A stretch of 49,261 bases of DNA from Puniceicoccales bacterium. Its GTDB lineage: Bacteria > Verrucomicrobiota > Verrucomicrobiia > Opitutales > JAIRKQ01. This document shows positions 1 through 9,382 of this stretch, in pieces. The notes beneath the pieces are model-generated. The model worked only from the letters and a program-made list of their open reading frames with translations. It ran no database searches and was not told the origin of the DNA. The DNA lies in assembly GCA_031258695.1 (NCBI GenBank), contig JAIRMM010000040.1:1-49261 (forward strand), given 5' to 3'. The position numbers and the translations under genes were made by a program. Positions within the stretch are counted from its first letter, which is position 1; each line of letters begins with the position of its first letter.

Positions 1-84
1 GTTTTCAAAACTTCCAGTGTTTCCGCCTACCGAAGGCAACGATGGCCTACCAGGACCACTTCCAAAATTTCCGAAAAAATTCAT
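1..84 (-). CDS. 5' end of an unidentified gene that runs off the left edge (Gly-rich N-terminus)
   Basis: ATG at 82-84 on the minus strand is preceded by AGGAGG (plus-strand cctcct, 89-94) with a 4-nt spacer. The frame is open to the window edge. Only 28 codons are visible (MNFFGNFGSGPGRPSLPSVGGNTGSFEN) and no family is recognisable. Confidence 0.4.
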   Translation of the reverse strand, partial: MNFFGNFGSGPGRPSLPSVGGNTGSFEN

Positions 85-175
85 TTTTCCTCCTTTGTCT
101 AATTATGTGGAGGCACATGGTATATAATTCCGAAAAATGTCAATGCTAAAATGATACCTGTCGAAAAATACTAGC

Positions 176-202
176 GGGGGTCGGCGGACGGAGTCCAACC
201 CC
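176..202 (-). terminator. Possible intrinsic terminator after the aldehyde dehydrogenase gene
   Basis: On the minus strand a GC-rich imperfect hairpin (GGGGTTGGAC-TCC-GTCCGCCGACCCC) is followed, after 6 nt, by ATTTTT. The stem has an internal mismatch or bulge. Confidence 0.35.
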
Positions 203-233
203 AAACCTTTGCAAAAAAGAAAATCGCAATGGA

Positions 234-1562
234 TTAATCCTTTTTGCCGACAATGGTTTTATAATTGAGCAGGTGCTTTATGCCAACATTTTCGCTGGAG
301 GCATTCCCTCCCCATGAGCCGCAACCGAGGGTCAATGACGGAGTAAGGCTGTCATTGGATAACCCGATGGCGCCCTGGGAAGCCGGCAAATTGATCAGTA
401 ACCTACCCGTAGGCATTTTGCTTGCGAAATAGTCGATGCGCCGTTGGTCGTTTGCGTCGGTGTGGAGGACAGACGTGTGGCCCAACCCTCCAATGCTAAC
501 CAGTTGTAGGCCAATTTCTACGGCCTGTTCAAAATTCGGTGCCCCATAGAGGGAAAGAATTAGGGATAACTTTTCCCGGGCATAGGGATTGGTGGCTTCG
601 TAGACTTTTTCTTCGCTGACAAGCACGCGGGCCGATGGGGGAATCCTAAGTCCAGCCAACTCTCCAATCTTCTGGGCACTTTGCCCGACGATGGCAGGGT
701 TGAGCCCCTTTTCATTGATGATTATTTTCCCAAGCGTAGCTGACTCCTCTTTGTTTAAAATATAGGCTCCCTGTTTTTCCAGTTCTTTCCTTACATCGCC
801 ATAGACACTTTCCACGGCGACGATGGATTGCTCGGAGGCACAGATGACACCGTTGTCAAAAGTTTTGCTCGCCAGTACGGCTTCCACGGCCGCCGAAACA
901 TTTGCATTTTCATCGATGATGGCAGGGGTATTTCCTGCTCCGACCCCCAGTGCGGGCTTTCCGCTGGCATAGGCGGCTTTTACCATGCCACCTCCCCCCG
1001 TGGCTAAAATAAGGTCAATGGACGGATGGTGCATAAGGGCTGTGGTTGCTTCCAGAGTTGGTTCGCCTAGGCATGCCAGCAAATTTTTGGGAGCCCCCGC
1101 CTTGACTGCGGCATCGGCAACGATCTCCACCGCTGCCGCCGTACACTTTTTCGCCCTCGGATGGGGAGATACCACAATTCCATTGCGCGTTTTTAAAACC
1201 AGCAATGCCTTAAAAATTGCCGTGGCAGTTGGATTTGTCGTCGGAATAACTCCCGCAATCAGTCCAATGGGGTCCACAACCACCTTTACCCGATTGGATT
1301 TATCTTCGGAAATGATTCCGCAGGTCTTCGCCGTTGCATACTTTTCATAGATAAAGTGAGCGGCGAAATGATTTTTAAAAATTTTATCCTTCACTATGCC
1401 CATGCCCGTTTCATCCACGGCCATCCTGGCAAGTTCTTCCCGTGCTTCATCCGCTGCCATCGCCGCAGACTTAAAGATTGCATCAACTTTTTCCTGGGGG
1501 AATTTTGCATAAACCTTTTGAGCTTCCTTCGCTTTCCCTATGAGTGTGTCCAAGTCATCCAT
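234..1562 (-). CDS. CoA-acylating aldehyde (acetaldehyde) dehydrogenase, like the AdhE N-terminal domain or EutE/PduP
   Basis: 442-aa ORF with an ATG start and an AAGGA SD. The N-terminus (MDDLDTLIGKAKEAQKVYAKFPQEKVDAIF...AREELARMAVDETGMGIVKDKIFKNHFA) is typical of acetylating ALDHs. The catalytic-Cys motif FDNGVICASEQS and the GxGxG-like ATGGGGMV are present. Confidence 0.85.
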   Translation of the reverse strand: MDDLDTLIGKAKEAQKVYAKFPQEKVDAIFKSAAMAADEAREELARMAVDETGMGIVKDKIFKNHFAAHFIYEKYATAKTCGIISEDKSNRVKVVVDPIGLIAGVIPTTNPTATAIFKALLVLKTRNGIVVSPHPRAKKCTAAAVEIVADAAVKAGAPKNLLACLGEPTLEATTALMHHPSIDLILATGGGGMVKAAYASGKPALGVGAGNTPAIIDENANVSAAVEAVLASKTFDNGVICASEQSIVAVESVYGDVRKELEKQGAYILNKEESATLGKIIINEKGLNPAIVGQSAQKIGELAGLRIPPSARVLVSEEKVYEATNPYAREKLSLILSLYGAPNFEQAVEIGLQLVSIGGLGHTSVLHTDANDQRRIDYFASKMPTGRLLINLPASQGAIGLSNDSLTPSLTLGCGSWGGNASSENVGIKHLLNYKTIVGKKD

Positions 1563-1653
1563 AATTGTCCTTTTTTAATGCCATATGTCATTTGTTTCCT
1601 ATTATCAGCCATATAATATGAAGAATTTCACTTTACCGAAAATCATCAACGAA

Positions 1654-3072
1654 TCAAGCATTTTCTGACTTTTTGTCCGACAGGGAATGTCCTTTTTCTC
1701 CATAACTTTTAACTTGCCTAAGGGCGGTGGCGACCGGACAACAAACCAGTCCGCCGCCGATGCATCCCCCCTCGCATGACATTACTTCCAATAGGGTCCC
1801 TTTTTCACATTCCCCAGCTTTGGCAAAACGTTTTAAATCCTTTACAACTTCGCGGTCTATTCCATTAACAGGTGCAAATGTTACTTCTTTCCCACTCGGG
1901 TCCAGGACGCTTTGAACGGCCCGGGAAACACCACCGCTTATGGCAAACTCCCTCGCTTCCTTCGCCGTTTGATATGGAAATGTTTCCCCTTCACATTCGC
2001 TGGGGGTAATTGAAAATGCTTCAAATAATGCTCCAACCTCTTCGCAGCCAAGGATGAAGTCGACATTTTCATTGGCGAATACCTCTTCATATTTAGCCAG
2101 GCATGGGCTGATGAAAACTAAAACCCCATCCCAATGTTTTCTCCGGGCATATTCTGCCGTATAAAACAATGGTGTGCCGGTGGTGGAGACGAACGGTTTT
2201 AGGTCCGGAATATGTTTCTTCACGAGGTTGTTGTAGGCGGCACAGCAGGACGTCGTCATAAACTTTTCACCCCTAGCCAGGCGTTCTTCCAGATCTTTTG
2301 CCTCATGGAACGAGGTGGATTCTGCTCCCACGGCGACTTCGTAGGCAAAGGAAAATCCAACTTTTTTCACGGCACTATGCAATTGTTCTGCGGAACATTT
2401 GAACTGTCCGAGTAACGCGGGAGCCAGCAAGGCTACTACATTTTTTTTAGATTTGATGGCTTTTAACACATCGATAATTTGACTTCTGACCTGGATGGCC
2501 TCGAATGGACAGGCAACCATACATTTCCCGCAACTGATACATTTGGTGAAATCAATCACCGCCCGTCCCTCTTCGTCCTTTGCAATGGCATCAACGGGGC
2601 AAGCATTTTCGCATGGGACAATGGTTTTGATGATGGCGCCGTAGGGGCAAACGCGCAAGCAAGCACCACACTTTTTACAACTTTTTACATCAATGGTCGA
2701 CCGTTTCCCATCGTTGCTAATCGCGTTGAATCGACAGGCGGCGAGGCATGGTTTTTTTGTACAATTTTGACATAAATCGGTGACGTGTATGTGGCTGGCT
2801 TTGCACCCATTGCATGCACAATGGAGCACGGTTAGAGGTGGCGAAGAAGGTTTTTCACGTTCCAAAGCACGCCGGGCACATTGGTCCAAAGATTCTTTGC
2901 CATCATCCCCCTCCAAAGCTAAGCCCAAAACGCTCATTGCCAGTCCTCGACAAACTGCGGTTTCTTCTGAACTTTGCTCGTGTTCATTGGAAATTTGTCC
3001 AATGTTTTCTAAAAAATTTTGACCATTAAACATCCGAATAAGTCGGACCAATATTTCCCTTTGCGGTATCAT
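1654..3072 (-). CDS. [FeFe]-hydrogenase-like protein with N-terminal 4Fe-4S ferredoxin-type domains
   Basis: 472 aa. Several CxxCxxCxxxCP-type clusters are present (CKKCGACLRVCPYGAI, CISCGKCMVACPFEAI). H-cluster-like motifs are L1 TTSCCAAY, L2 ISPCLAKYEE and L3 EVMSCEGGCIGGG. It is co-oriented with the downstream ALDH across a 91-bp gap. Confidence 0.8.
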   Translation of the reverse strand: MIPQREILVRLIRMFNGQNFLENIGQISNEHEQSSEETAVCRGLAMSVLGLALEGDDGKESLDQCARRALEREKPSSPPLTVLHCACNGCKASHIHVTDLCQNCTKKPCLAACRFNAISNDGKRSTIDVKSCKKCGACLRVCPYGAIIKTIVPCENACPVDAIAKDEEGRAVIDFTKCISCGKCMVACPFEAIQVRSQIIDVLKAIKSKKNVVALLAPALLGQFKCSAEQLHSAVKKVGFSFAYEVAVGAESTSFHEAKDLEERLARGEKFMTTSCCAAYNNLVKKHIPDLKPFVSTTGTPLFYTAEYARRKHWDGVLVFISPCLAKYEEVFANENVDFILGCEEVGALFEAFSITPSECEGETFPYQTAKEAREFAISGGVSRAVQSVLDPSGKEVTFAPVNGIDREVVKDLKRFAKAGECEKGTLLEVMSCEGGCIGGGLVCCPVATALRQVKSYGEKGHSLSDKKSENA

Positions 3073-3398
3073 TTTTTCTGCATTCTGCGCTTCTTTTCAA
3101 TAAAATCGATCATTAAATGATTTTTCCATCACAATACTTAAATCGGGGAGTGGACGGAGATTCGACTACGAAATTATGGGTGAGAACATGGGCATCACCA
3201 AAAACTTCGATGCCGTCGATGGTTACGTTAGTTTTCTTGCCTGCCTATGCTCGGCCCAAATTGTTCGAATCCTAGAGCTTATTTCTCCCTAGCGGTGCAA
3301 CATTCGTAGGAGAATTCAAACCACACAATTACAAAATTTCCAAAAAAAGACTTGAATTTTGCTTTGAAACTTTATATGAGTTTGACCTCAAAAAAATT

Positions 3399-4163
3399 AT
3401 GATAAGCAATATTTTCCCAAGAAGATTAGAAGGTCCAAATGTGAAGTCCACACTGAAACCGTGGGCCCAGGCAGCTGTAGCTGGGGGAACTTTGTTTGGA
3501 AATATGAGGTGCCCTGACCTAGAGGAGGCTTTTCAAAGATTCCCAAGCATGCTCAAACTAGTCGCCAGATATTTGGCTGGCCAAAAAACAAACTTATTTA
3601 CCAAATGGATCTACGACCCATCCTCCAGGAGGATAAAATTAAAATTGCCGATACAAGCCGCATTATTCCTAATGAAAGTGGGTGATCTTTTATTTAAATT
3701 TTCGGGGCCATTGGCAACGTTTCACATCACACTAAAAGTGGCACTGTGTATCGTAGCCACAGCCCAAGTGCTTATGGCTTCCGATAAGTTAAAGTCGAGC
3801 ATTGCAAGCCCGGGCGGCTTGGGAAACCTTTTCTTGGCAGTTGTATTTCCATTGTTTGCCGATGCTATACCGTATTTCTATGGAATGTGGAATGCGGAAA
3901 TAGCAAATTGGTATACGGTAACTTTCTTTTCCGTTTATACGGTTTTCCTACAGTCTTTTCTGGAACAAGAAGGATTCAAGGATGTATTGTTGGCTTCAAT
4001 ATCGACACGTGAACTCATGGGACCTAACCCGTTTCTGGGAAATGTACCAGAGGTTGCCATGGATCTTTGGAAGATATCCCACAACCTAGCGAGTGGCTAC
4101 TGTGCAATGGAAACACTGGTACTTCTCCTAAAAAAAGTTTTGACAGCCTTCTTCCTGGCTTAG
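3399..4163 (+). CDS. Hypothetical membrane protein
   Basis: 254-aa ORF with no competing ORF on any strand. It has several hydrophobic stretches (ITLKVALCIVATAQVLMA, LGNLFLAVVFPLFADAIPYFYG, YTVTFFSVYTVFLQSF). No known motif was recognised. Confidence 0.55.
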   Translation: MISNIFPRRLEGPNVKSTLKPWAQAAVAGGTLFGNMRCPDLEEAFQRFPSMLKLVARYLAGQKTNLFTKWIYDPSSRRIKLKLPIQAALFLMKVGDLLFKFSGPLATFHITLKVALCIVATAQVLMASDKLKSSIASPGGLGNLFLAVVFPLFADAIPYFYGMWNAEIANWYTVTFFSVYTVFLQSFLEQEGFKDVLLASISTRELMGPNPFLGNVPEVAMDLWKISHNLASGYCAMETLVLLLKKVLTAFFLA

Positions 4164-4307
4164 GGCTCCTAAATTCAAATGGGAAAGGAAAGAACTGGCG
4201 GTGTAGATGGAAGAAAAGAAGGGTGTGTGCACGGCAAATAGGGGAGTAAAAATATCAATGGACTTTTCTTGACTTTCGTGAAATTTTAGATAACATTTTC
4301 ATCCATT

Positions 4308-5618
4308 ATGGATGAAGTAGGGGTGGGGTCTTCGAAGGGAGGTAGCGTAACGGATCAAAGATTGGAAGCTGGTCGTGGATCTGACGTATCTACGAGTAAC
4401 GTTCGACTCCAAGGACAGCAAACAGGAACAGCAGATACCACCCTTTCCGATCGTAGTGCGAGTGTAATAGAAGTTTTGGATACCGTTGATGCCGCTGGGG
4501 GAAGAGTATCTTCTTATACGGATACAGTTGCCTGGATGGTACAATCTTTTATCGACGGAAATTGGGCACAATTTTCTGCACTGGAAGCCACAATGTTTTT
4601 AAATACGATGGGAGCCGCGATGTTTTTAGATCCAGCGACGTTGGAAACTGCAAAACTATCGCCTGAACATGTCCAGCAAGCCATAGAAAATATCACGCGA
4701 ACAATCGAAGATGAAGAAGTGCTGGAATGTGTCACATTGGCAATGGATGTCGTCACCCATCCAGAAAAAAATGGGGATTTCGATGTCACCACCGATGGTA
4801 GTGGGCCAAAACTCGGTAAAAAAGATGCCTTGCGCCGACTAAAAACTGGCCTTAAAAAGCTAAATTCCATGGACGACCAAGGTGACCAGGGCGCCATTGG
4901 AAAGGCCAAGGAACTTATAACAATAGCACAAAATATTGCACAAAAGAAATTGAATGTGGCCAGGGGAGCGAAAATTTGTGGAGTTGCGGCTAACATAGCT
5001 TCAATTGCTGCGAATATTGCCGGTGTGATAGGAACCTCTGGGGCAAGTTTGATTCCGTGTGTTATAAATGTTGCAACGGCAAACCTTGCTTCCGTAGGTA
5101 ACATTGCCCAGGCGGCGATAGGAAAAACCTATGCGGAGACAATTCTTGGGAGCAAGGTCAAATTGGTAGGGTTCGATCCATATCTTGAAGAATGCTATGG
5201 GTTGGCAATCGATGTTTTAACACATCCAGAAAAAAGTAGAGATTTCGAAGGTCCTGGGGGCGCTAAATTAGGTAAAAAAGAAACAAAACGGTTATTAAAG
5301 GAGACCCTGGGTAGGGTTGATAGGGTGATGCAAGAGGTGACCCCTGGCACACAAGCAAAGTTGGCAAAAGTACGACAAGATATCCAAACGGCCCATGATG
5401 TCGTAAGTTCCAAATTGAACAAGGCAATAGCAACAAAGGGTTTAAAGATTGGCGGTGCAATCCTGGCAACGGCCGCCTCTATTGCTGCCTGTGTGGCAAC
5501 CTTTGGCACAGCTGCTCCAATAGCAATTCCTGCAGCAATTAGCGCGTCAGTTGGACTTTTGGGAACAGGTATTAGCGATGTGAAATTACTCCGTGAAATG
5601 TTGCAAAATAAGCATTGA
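4308..5618 (+). CDS. Hypothetical protein with an internal two-module duplication, each module ending in a long Ala/Gly/Ile-rich hydrophobic lobe
   Basis: 436 aa. Module 1 reads ECVTLAMDVVTHPEKNGDF..GPKLGKKDALRRLK... then GAKICGVAANIASIAANIAGVIGTSGASLIPCVINVATANLASVG. Module 2 reads ECYGLAIDVLTHPEKSRDF..GAKLGKKETKRLLK... then GLKIGGAILATAASIAACVATFGTAAPIAIPAAISASVGLLGTG. There is no signal peptide. Confidence 0.7.
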   Translation: MDEVGVGSSKGGSVTDQRLEAGRGSDVSTSNVRLQGQQTGTADTTLSDRSASVIEVLDTVDAAGGRVSSYTDTVAWMVQSFIDGNWAQFSALEATMFLNTMGAAMFLDPATLETAKLSPEHVQQAIENITRTIEDEEVLECVTLAMDVVTHPEKNGDFDVTTDGSGPKLGKKDALRRLKTGLKKLNSMDDQGDQGAIGKAKELITIAQNIAQKKLNVARGAKICGVAANIASIAANIAGVIGTSGASLIPCVINVATANLASVGNIAQAAIGKTYAETILGSKVKLVGFDPYLEECYGLAIDVLTHPEKSRDFEGPGGAKLGKKETKRLLKETLGRVDRVMQEVTPGTQAKLAKVRQDIQTAHDVVSSKLNKAIATKGLKIGGAILATAASIAACVATFGTAAPIAIPAAISASVGLLGTGISDVKLLREMLQNKH

Positions 5619-5817
5619 GAACCGCGCAACGGGTGAGAGAATTTTGATACCCTAGGCGAGGATACATTAGGATGGTACCACTTCGACGGTTTTACAGCCC
5701 TTCTACACTTTTATCGACCTTTTCGGGCTCAGGGGAAAGAAAAACCTTTGAAATAATTTCACAGCAGGGAACGAAGTGGCTTTTTAGATCAATGGCTAAG
5801 CTCGCTTCCTAAAAGGT

Positions 5818-5893
<76 letters not shown>

Positions 5894-5988
5894 TCTAGAT
5901 TCGGTGTAAGGTGTAATAGGCATAGGCCTTGTCAACGATTATTGCATGATTTGAAAAAATTTCTCCTACCTCCGCTATGTTTAGACCT

Positions 5989-8385
5989 CTAGGCCATGGA
6001 AAACTCTTCTTTAAATGCGTCAATGGCAGTCGTTGTCCCAACTAGCAATAATATGTCATCCTCCATCAATTCCATGTCGGGCCTGATATCGCTGATTTTT
6101 TCATTTTTTCTCTGAATTCCCACGATGTTTAGGTTATACTTTTGCCTAAAACCCAGGGTAGATAAAATATTGCCGACGAAGTTTTTATCACTGCCGACGC
6201 AGAAATTTAAAATGTCAAATTGGGCATTTGTCCGCTTTGACTTTTTTCCCTCACTCTCCTTGAGCAATATTGCTTTGGCATCATTTATTTGAGATTCCGT
6301 TCCTATGAGAATTATGTGATCTCCGGGGAATAATTGACTATTCGGACTGAGCTTATAGGATGTCAAACCACCACGGGAAACAGCAATAATGGTAATCCCC
6401 GTCAGCTCACGAAGTTTTAGTTCGGAAAGTTCCTTGCCCACGCTATCGTGGTTTGGCTGCAGCAAAACTTCATGGATTTCTATGGGCCAGGGATTATCGG
6501 CAGCGGCTTTGGCTAGAATAGATTTCCTATGAAGTTGTTCCTGGGATTCTATCCTATCGTTAAAATTTTTAATAAACGCTAGCTCGAGCCTGTTATTGAG
6601 TTTCGACAATTGTTGCCATAGAAAAATCGCCAGAACAACGGCAATTGACCCAAACAAAATTACGGGGACGCCATGGGGCAAATATCTCGAAGCAATCCCT
6701 AGAAAAATACCACTGAATAAAAATAGAGCTGCAATAGTGGAAATGGCTTTCATCACATTGAACACTCTGTTGTGTAGTAATTCCCTTTGGGCATGTTTGT
6801 TCAGCGAGCTTTTGATCAAATTGGTGAATATTGCTTGAATATTTTTTATAATGCCGACCAAAAATGGTACGCAAATTAAAAATGCTGTCACCCAAATGCA
6901 CACTTGAAACACGTTGGAACTGATTTCAAAGATTTTTTCTTCGGGCAATTGTTCCACATAGGATTTACTGATCATGCAGAATACTTTGCTCAAAAACTTT
7001 AGTATGGACGACAATACATTTCCAAATTCCCCACTTTTGGTCAAGGCTGCCAGCCATGAAACGGAAAATAAGGTGCCACTTAGCAAAAATAACCAAAGCA
7101 CTGCCAATAGCAGTTGCCGGATTACCAATCTGATGAACATGTTTTTTGATACATTATCTTTGATTTCACCGAGTAAATGGTGGTAAGTCTTGCCAAACTC
7201 TTTTAGAAAATTTGGACAGCAGGAATAGAAAAATCCAAAAATCCTATCGGCCTGATTGCTCAAAATCGAACATATTAGGATTGTACCCAATGCAACACCG
7301 ACGGTCACGGACATAAAATCTTTGTGGAGCACGCCCAAAGAATTTCCCAAAACGGCGATGACAAAGCTGAACTCCCCAATCTGTGCCTTCGAAAATGCAG
7401 CTTTAAAGGCAGTTTCACTCTTCTTCCCTATCAAAAACAAAGCTATGGTCCCGATACATGTTTGTCCGACGAATGTTATTACGGCCAGGGTCAGTATCCA
7501 TGGCCAAAAGTGTACGATCGCTTTTAGGTCAATCATCATGCCGACGGATGTGAAAAAGACCGCATTGAAAACATCTCGCAGGGGTTCCGTTATTCGGTCA
7601 ACCTGCTGGGTAATGTTTGTTCGCGACAGAATTGATCCTGCCAGGAATGCACCCAATGCCACCGAAAAATTAAAATAATGTGCTAGTTGGCATATGGCCA
7701 TCAAAAAGCCAATTATAGCTACTACCAATGCCTCCGGAGATGGATCTCGGAATAGGATACGTACGAAAAACGGTGCTACCAGCTTGCCCACACAAAATAC
7801 CATGACAACGAATACGCTGATAACGAAGGTGCTTCTCTTAACTTCAAACATGTCGAACTGGCCCGTGTGTCCTATGCTCGAAAGTATTACCAAAAACACC
7901 ATGGCAAGAATATCTTCCAATATTAAACAACCAATGGCACACTGGGCATATTCCGTGTTGAGTGTGTTTTTGGCCTTCAGCAGTGGGATGGTTATCATCG
8001 TCGAACTCATCACCAGCATGGAACCTAGAAATAGACCATTTAAACCAGACCAACCGAGTAGCGGGGCGACCATCATTCCAATCGCTATCATTCCGATGGA
8101 TTGAAGCGTCAACCAAAAGGCGGATGGAATGAAGATTTTTTTTAATTTCATCAGGTCAAATTCCAGCCCGATATAGAACATTAGGAATATCACTCCCAAT
8201 TCACTCAATTGATTTATGGATTCGCCTCCATGTATGCAATTAAGGCAATGGGGTCCGACCAGGAACCCGCCGACTATATATCCCAACAGGAGTGGCAATT
8301 TTAGGTAGTGAAAAATCAGAGCAAATATACCGCTGGCAATGCAAACGGTGGCTAAATCCTGAAAAATTGTGATAGTTGCGTCCAT
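5989..8385 (-). CDS. Cation:proton antiporter (CPA2/Kef-type) with extra TM segments and two C-terminal TrkA_C/RCK_C-like domains
   Basis: I place the start at the internal ATG at 8385 (MDATITIFQDLATVCIASGIFALIFHYLKLPLLLGYIVGGFLVGPH), which is a typical CPA2 N-terminus. The 54 codons upstream look non-coding. The C-terminal repeats (LRELTGITIIAVSRGG...LFPGDHIILIG and NIVGIQRKNE...MELMEDDILLLVG) are RCK_C-like. Confidence 0.8.
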   Translation of the reverse strand: MDATITIFQDLATVCIASGIFALIFHYLKLPLLLGYIVGGFLVGPHCLNCIHGGESINQLSELGVIFLMFYIGLEFDLMKLKKIFIPSAFWLTLQSIGMIAIGMMVAPLLGWSGLNGLFLGSMLVMSSTMITIPLLKAKNTLNTEYAQCAIGCLILEDILAMVFLVILSSIGHTGQFDMFEVKRSTFVISVFVVMVFCVGKLVAPFFVRILFRDPSPEALVVAIIGFLMAICQLAHYFNFSVALGAFLAGSILSRTNITQQVDRITEPLRDVFNAVFFTSVGMMIDLKAIVHFWPWILTLAVITFVGQTCIGTIALFLIGKKSETAFKAAFSKAQIGEFSFVIAVLGNSLGVLHKDFMSVTVGVALGTILICSILSNQADRIFGFFYSCCPNFLKEFGKTYHHLLGEIKDNVSKNMFIRLVIRQLLLAVLWLFLLSGTLFSVSWLAALTKSGEFGNVLSSILKFLSKVFCMISKSYVEQLPEEKIFEISSNVFQVCIWVTAFLICVPFLVGIIKNIQAIFTNLIKSSLNKHAQRELLHNRVFNVMKAISTIAALFLFSGIFLGIASRYLPHGVPVILFGSIAVVLAIFLWQQLSKLNNRLELAFIKNFNDRIESQEQLHRKSILAKAAADNPWPIEIHEVLLQPNHDSVGKELSELKLRELTGITIIAVSRGGLTSYKLSPNSQLFPGDHIILIGTESQINDAKAILLKESEGKKSKRTNAQFDILNFCVGSDKNFVGNILSTLGFRQKYNLNIVGIQRKNEKISDIRPDMELMEDDILLLVGTTTAIDAFKEEFSMA

Positions 8386-8704
8386 TATCTTGTGTCGGTA
8401 GGTAAAGATTGGAGAAAGATTTTTTTTTGTAAAGCTGATATTCCGGATGCCCACCAAACATCTTCCGTGCAAAGCCTGAAATTTGACGGTATGGTGAATG
8501 GGTGAAAATTTCCCTGCCCCCTGGAACAAATGTAACCCCATGGACAATGAAAGCTTGGCCCACAGGAATCATTCACATGGAGCCTAATTTCGCATAAAAC
8601 CTCGTCCTCGCGCAAAAGTATCCGACCAAAAGGAAAACTCGCCGGATGGTAGAAAAACTTTGCTTGCAAAACAAAAGGAAAGTCCCAATGTGCACCTTAC
8701 AATA

Positions 8705-8791
8705 GCCCGGATGGCGGAACTGGCAGACGCGTCGGACTCAAAATCCGATTCCCGCAAGGGAGTGTGGGTTCGACCCCCTCTCCGGGCACCA
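8705..8791 (+). tRNA. tRNA-Leu (CAA), class II with a long variable arm
   Basis: The acceptor GCCCGGA pairs with TCCGGGC, followed by A and an encoded CCA. The anticodon stem TCGGA/TCCGA carries loop CTCAAAA. The variable arm is CCCGCAAGGG. The T loop is TTCGACC, with one U-U mismatch in the T stem. Confidence 0.85.
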
Positions 8792-8961
8792 CCGATAAAT
8801 ATAGACCTGGCGGGCGATAATAGAAATATAAGGCGAAGCATCAAAAAATTTATGGACAAAACATGGACAAAAATTTAAAGATAAGGTTTTTCGGTGAGGA
8901 TTCGCGGAGATGTGAGCATATTCGTTGGCGAAATTATTTGGGGAAGTTTAGATTTCATAGA

Positions 8962-9051
8962 GGAGAGATGACAGAGTGGCCTATTGTGCAGCACTGGAAA
9001 TGCTGTGTGCTAGCAATGGCACCGAGGGTTCGAATCCCTCTCTCTCCGCCA
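8962..9051 (+). tRNA. tRNA-Ser (GGA), class II
   Basis: The acceptor GGAGAGA pairs with TCTCTCC, followed by G and an encoded CCA. The anticodon stem CAGCA/TGCTG carries loop CTGGAAA. The variable-arm stem is GTGC/GCAC. The T arm is GAGGG-TTCGAAT-CCCTC. Confidence 0.9.
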
Positions 9052-9106
9052 GGAGATGATATTTTTGTTGTCTAATCCTAGCAATTTATTTATTAAAAGC
9101 CGACCC

Positions 9107-9382
9107 ATGTTTAATGTCTCTAATTTTTTTGGAACGGTGGCTTTTTTATTGTCCTGTGTGGGTCTTGTTCCTCAGATTTGGAAATCGTTTAAGACCAAGT
9201 CCACGGAAGATATCTCCACGCTAATGCTCATAAATTATCTCGTTTGTTCGGTCTGTTGGATTATTTATGGTTGCTACGTGAAATCACACCCTGTGATATG
9301 GAGTAACGTGGCCATGCTTGTGACTAGTTTTATTTCCATTGTCCAAAAATATTACTATGATCGTAAGGCTCGACGAATATAG
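9107..9382 (+). CDS. SemiSWEET / PQ-loop family small membrane transporter
   Basis: 91 aa counted from the ATG at 9107, which is the size of a 3-TM SemiSWEET. The PQ motif is in TM1 (LLSCVGLVPQIWKSFKTKSTEDIS). The longer ORF from 9056 would start 5 nt after the tRNA. Confidence 0.7.
   Translation: MFNVSNFFGTVAFLLSCVGLVPQIWKSFKTKSTEDISTLMLINYLVCSVCWIIYGCYVKSHPVIWSNVAMLVTSFISIVQKYYYDRKARRI

Noticed and set aside
234-3072. The aldehyde dehydrogenase and Fe-S protein pair as part of a bacterial microcompartment (PVM-type BMC) locus.
   Set aside because: No BMC shell (BMC-H/T/P) genes or encapsulation-peptide-like extensions are visible in the window. This cannot be supported from the sequence.
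3254-3270. A T-loop-like string, gttcgaatcc, suggesting a tRNA.
   Set aside because: The flanking bases cannot form a T stem, an acceptor stem or any other arm.
8386-8547. An N-terminal extension of 54 codons on the antiporter ORF (start at 8547).
   Set aside because: The extension is not hydrophobic and not antiporter-like. The internal ATG at 8385 yields a canonical CPA2 N-terminus.
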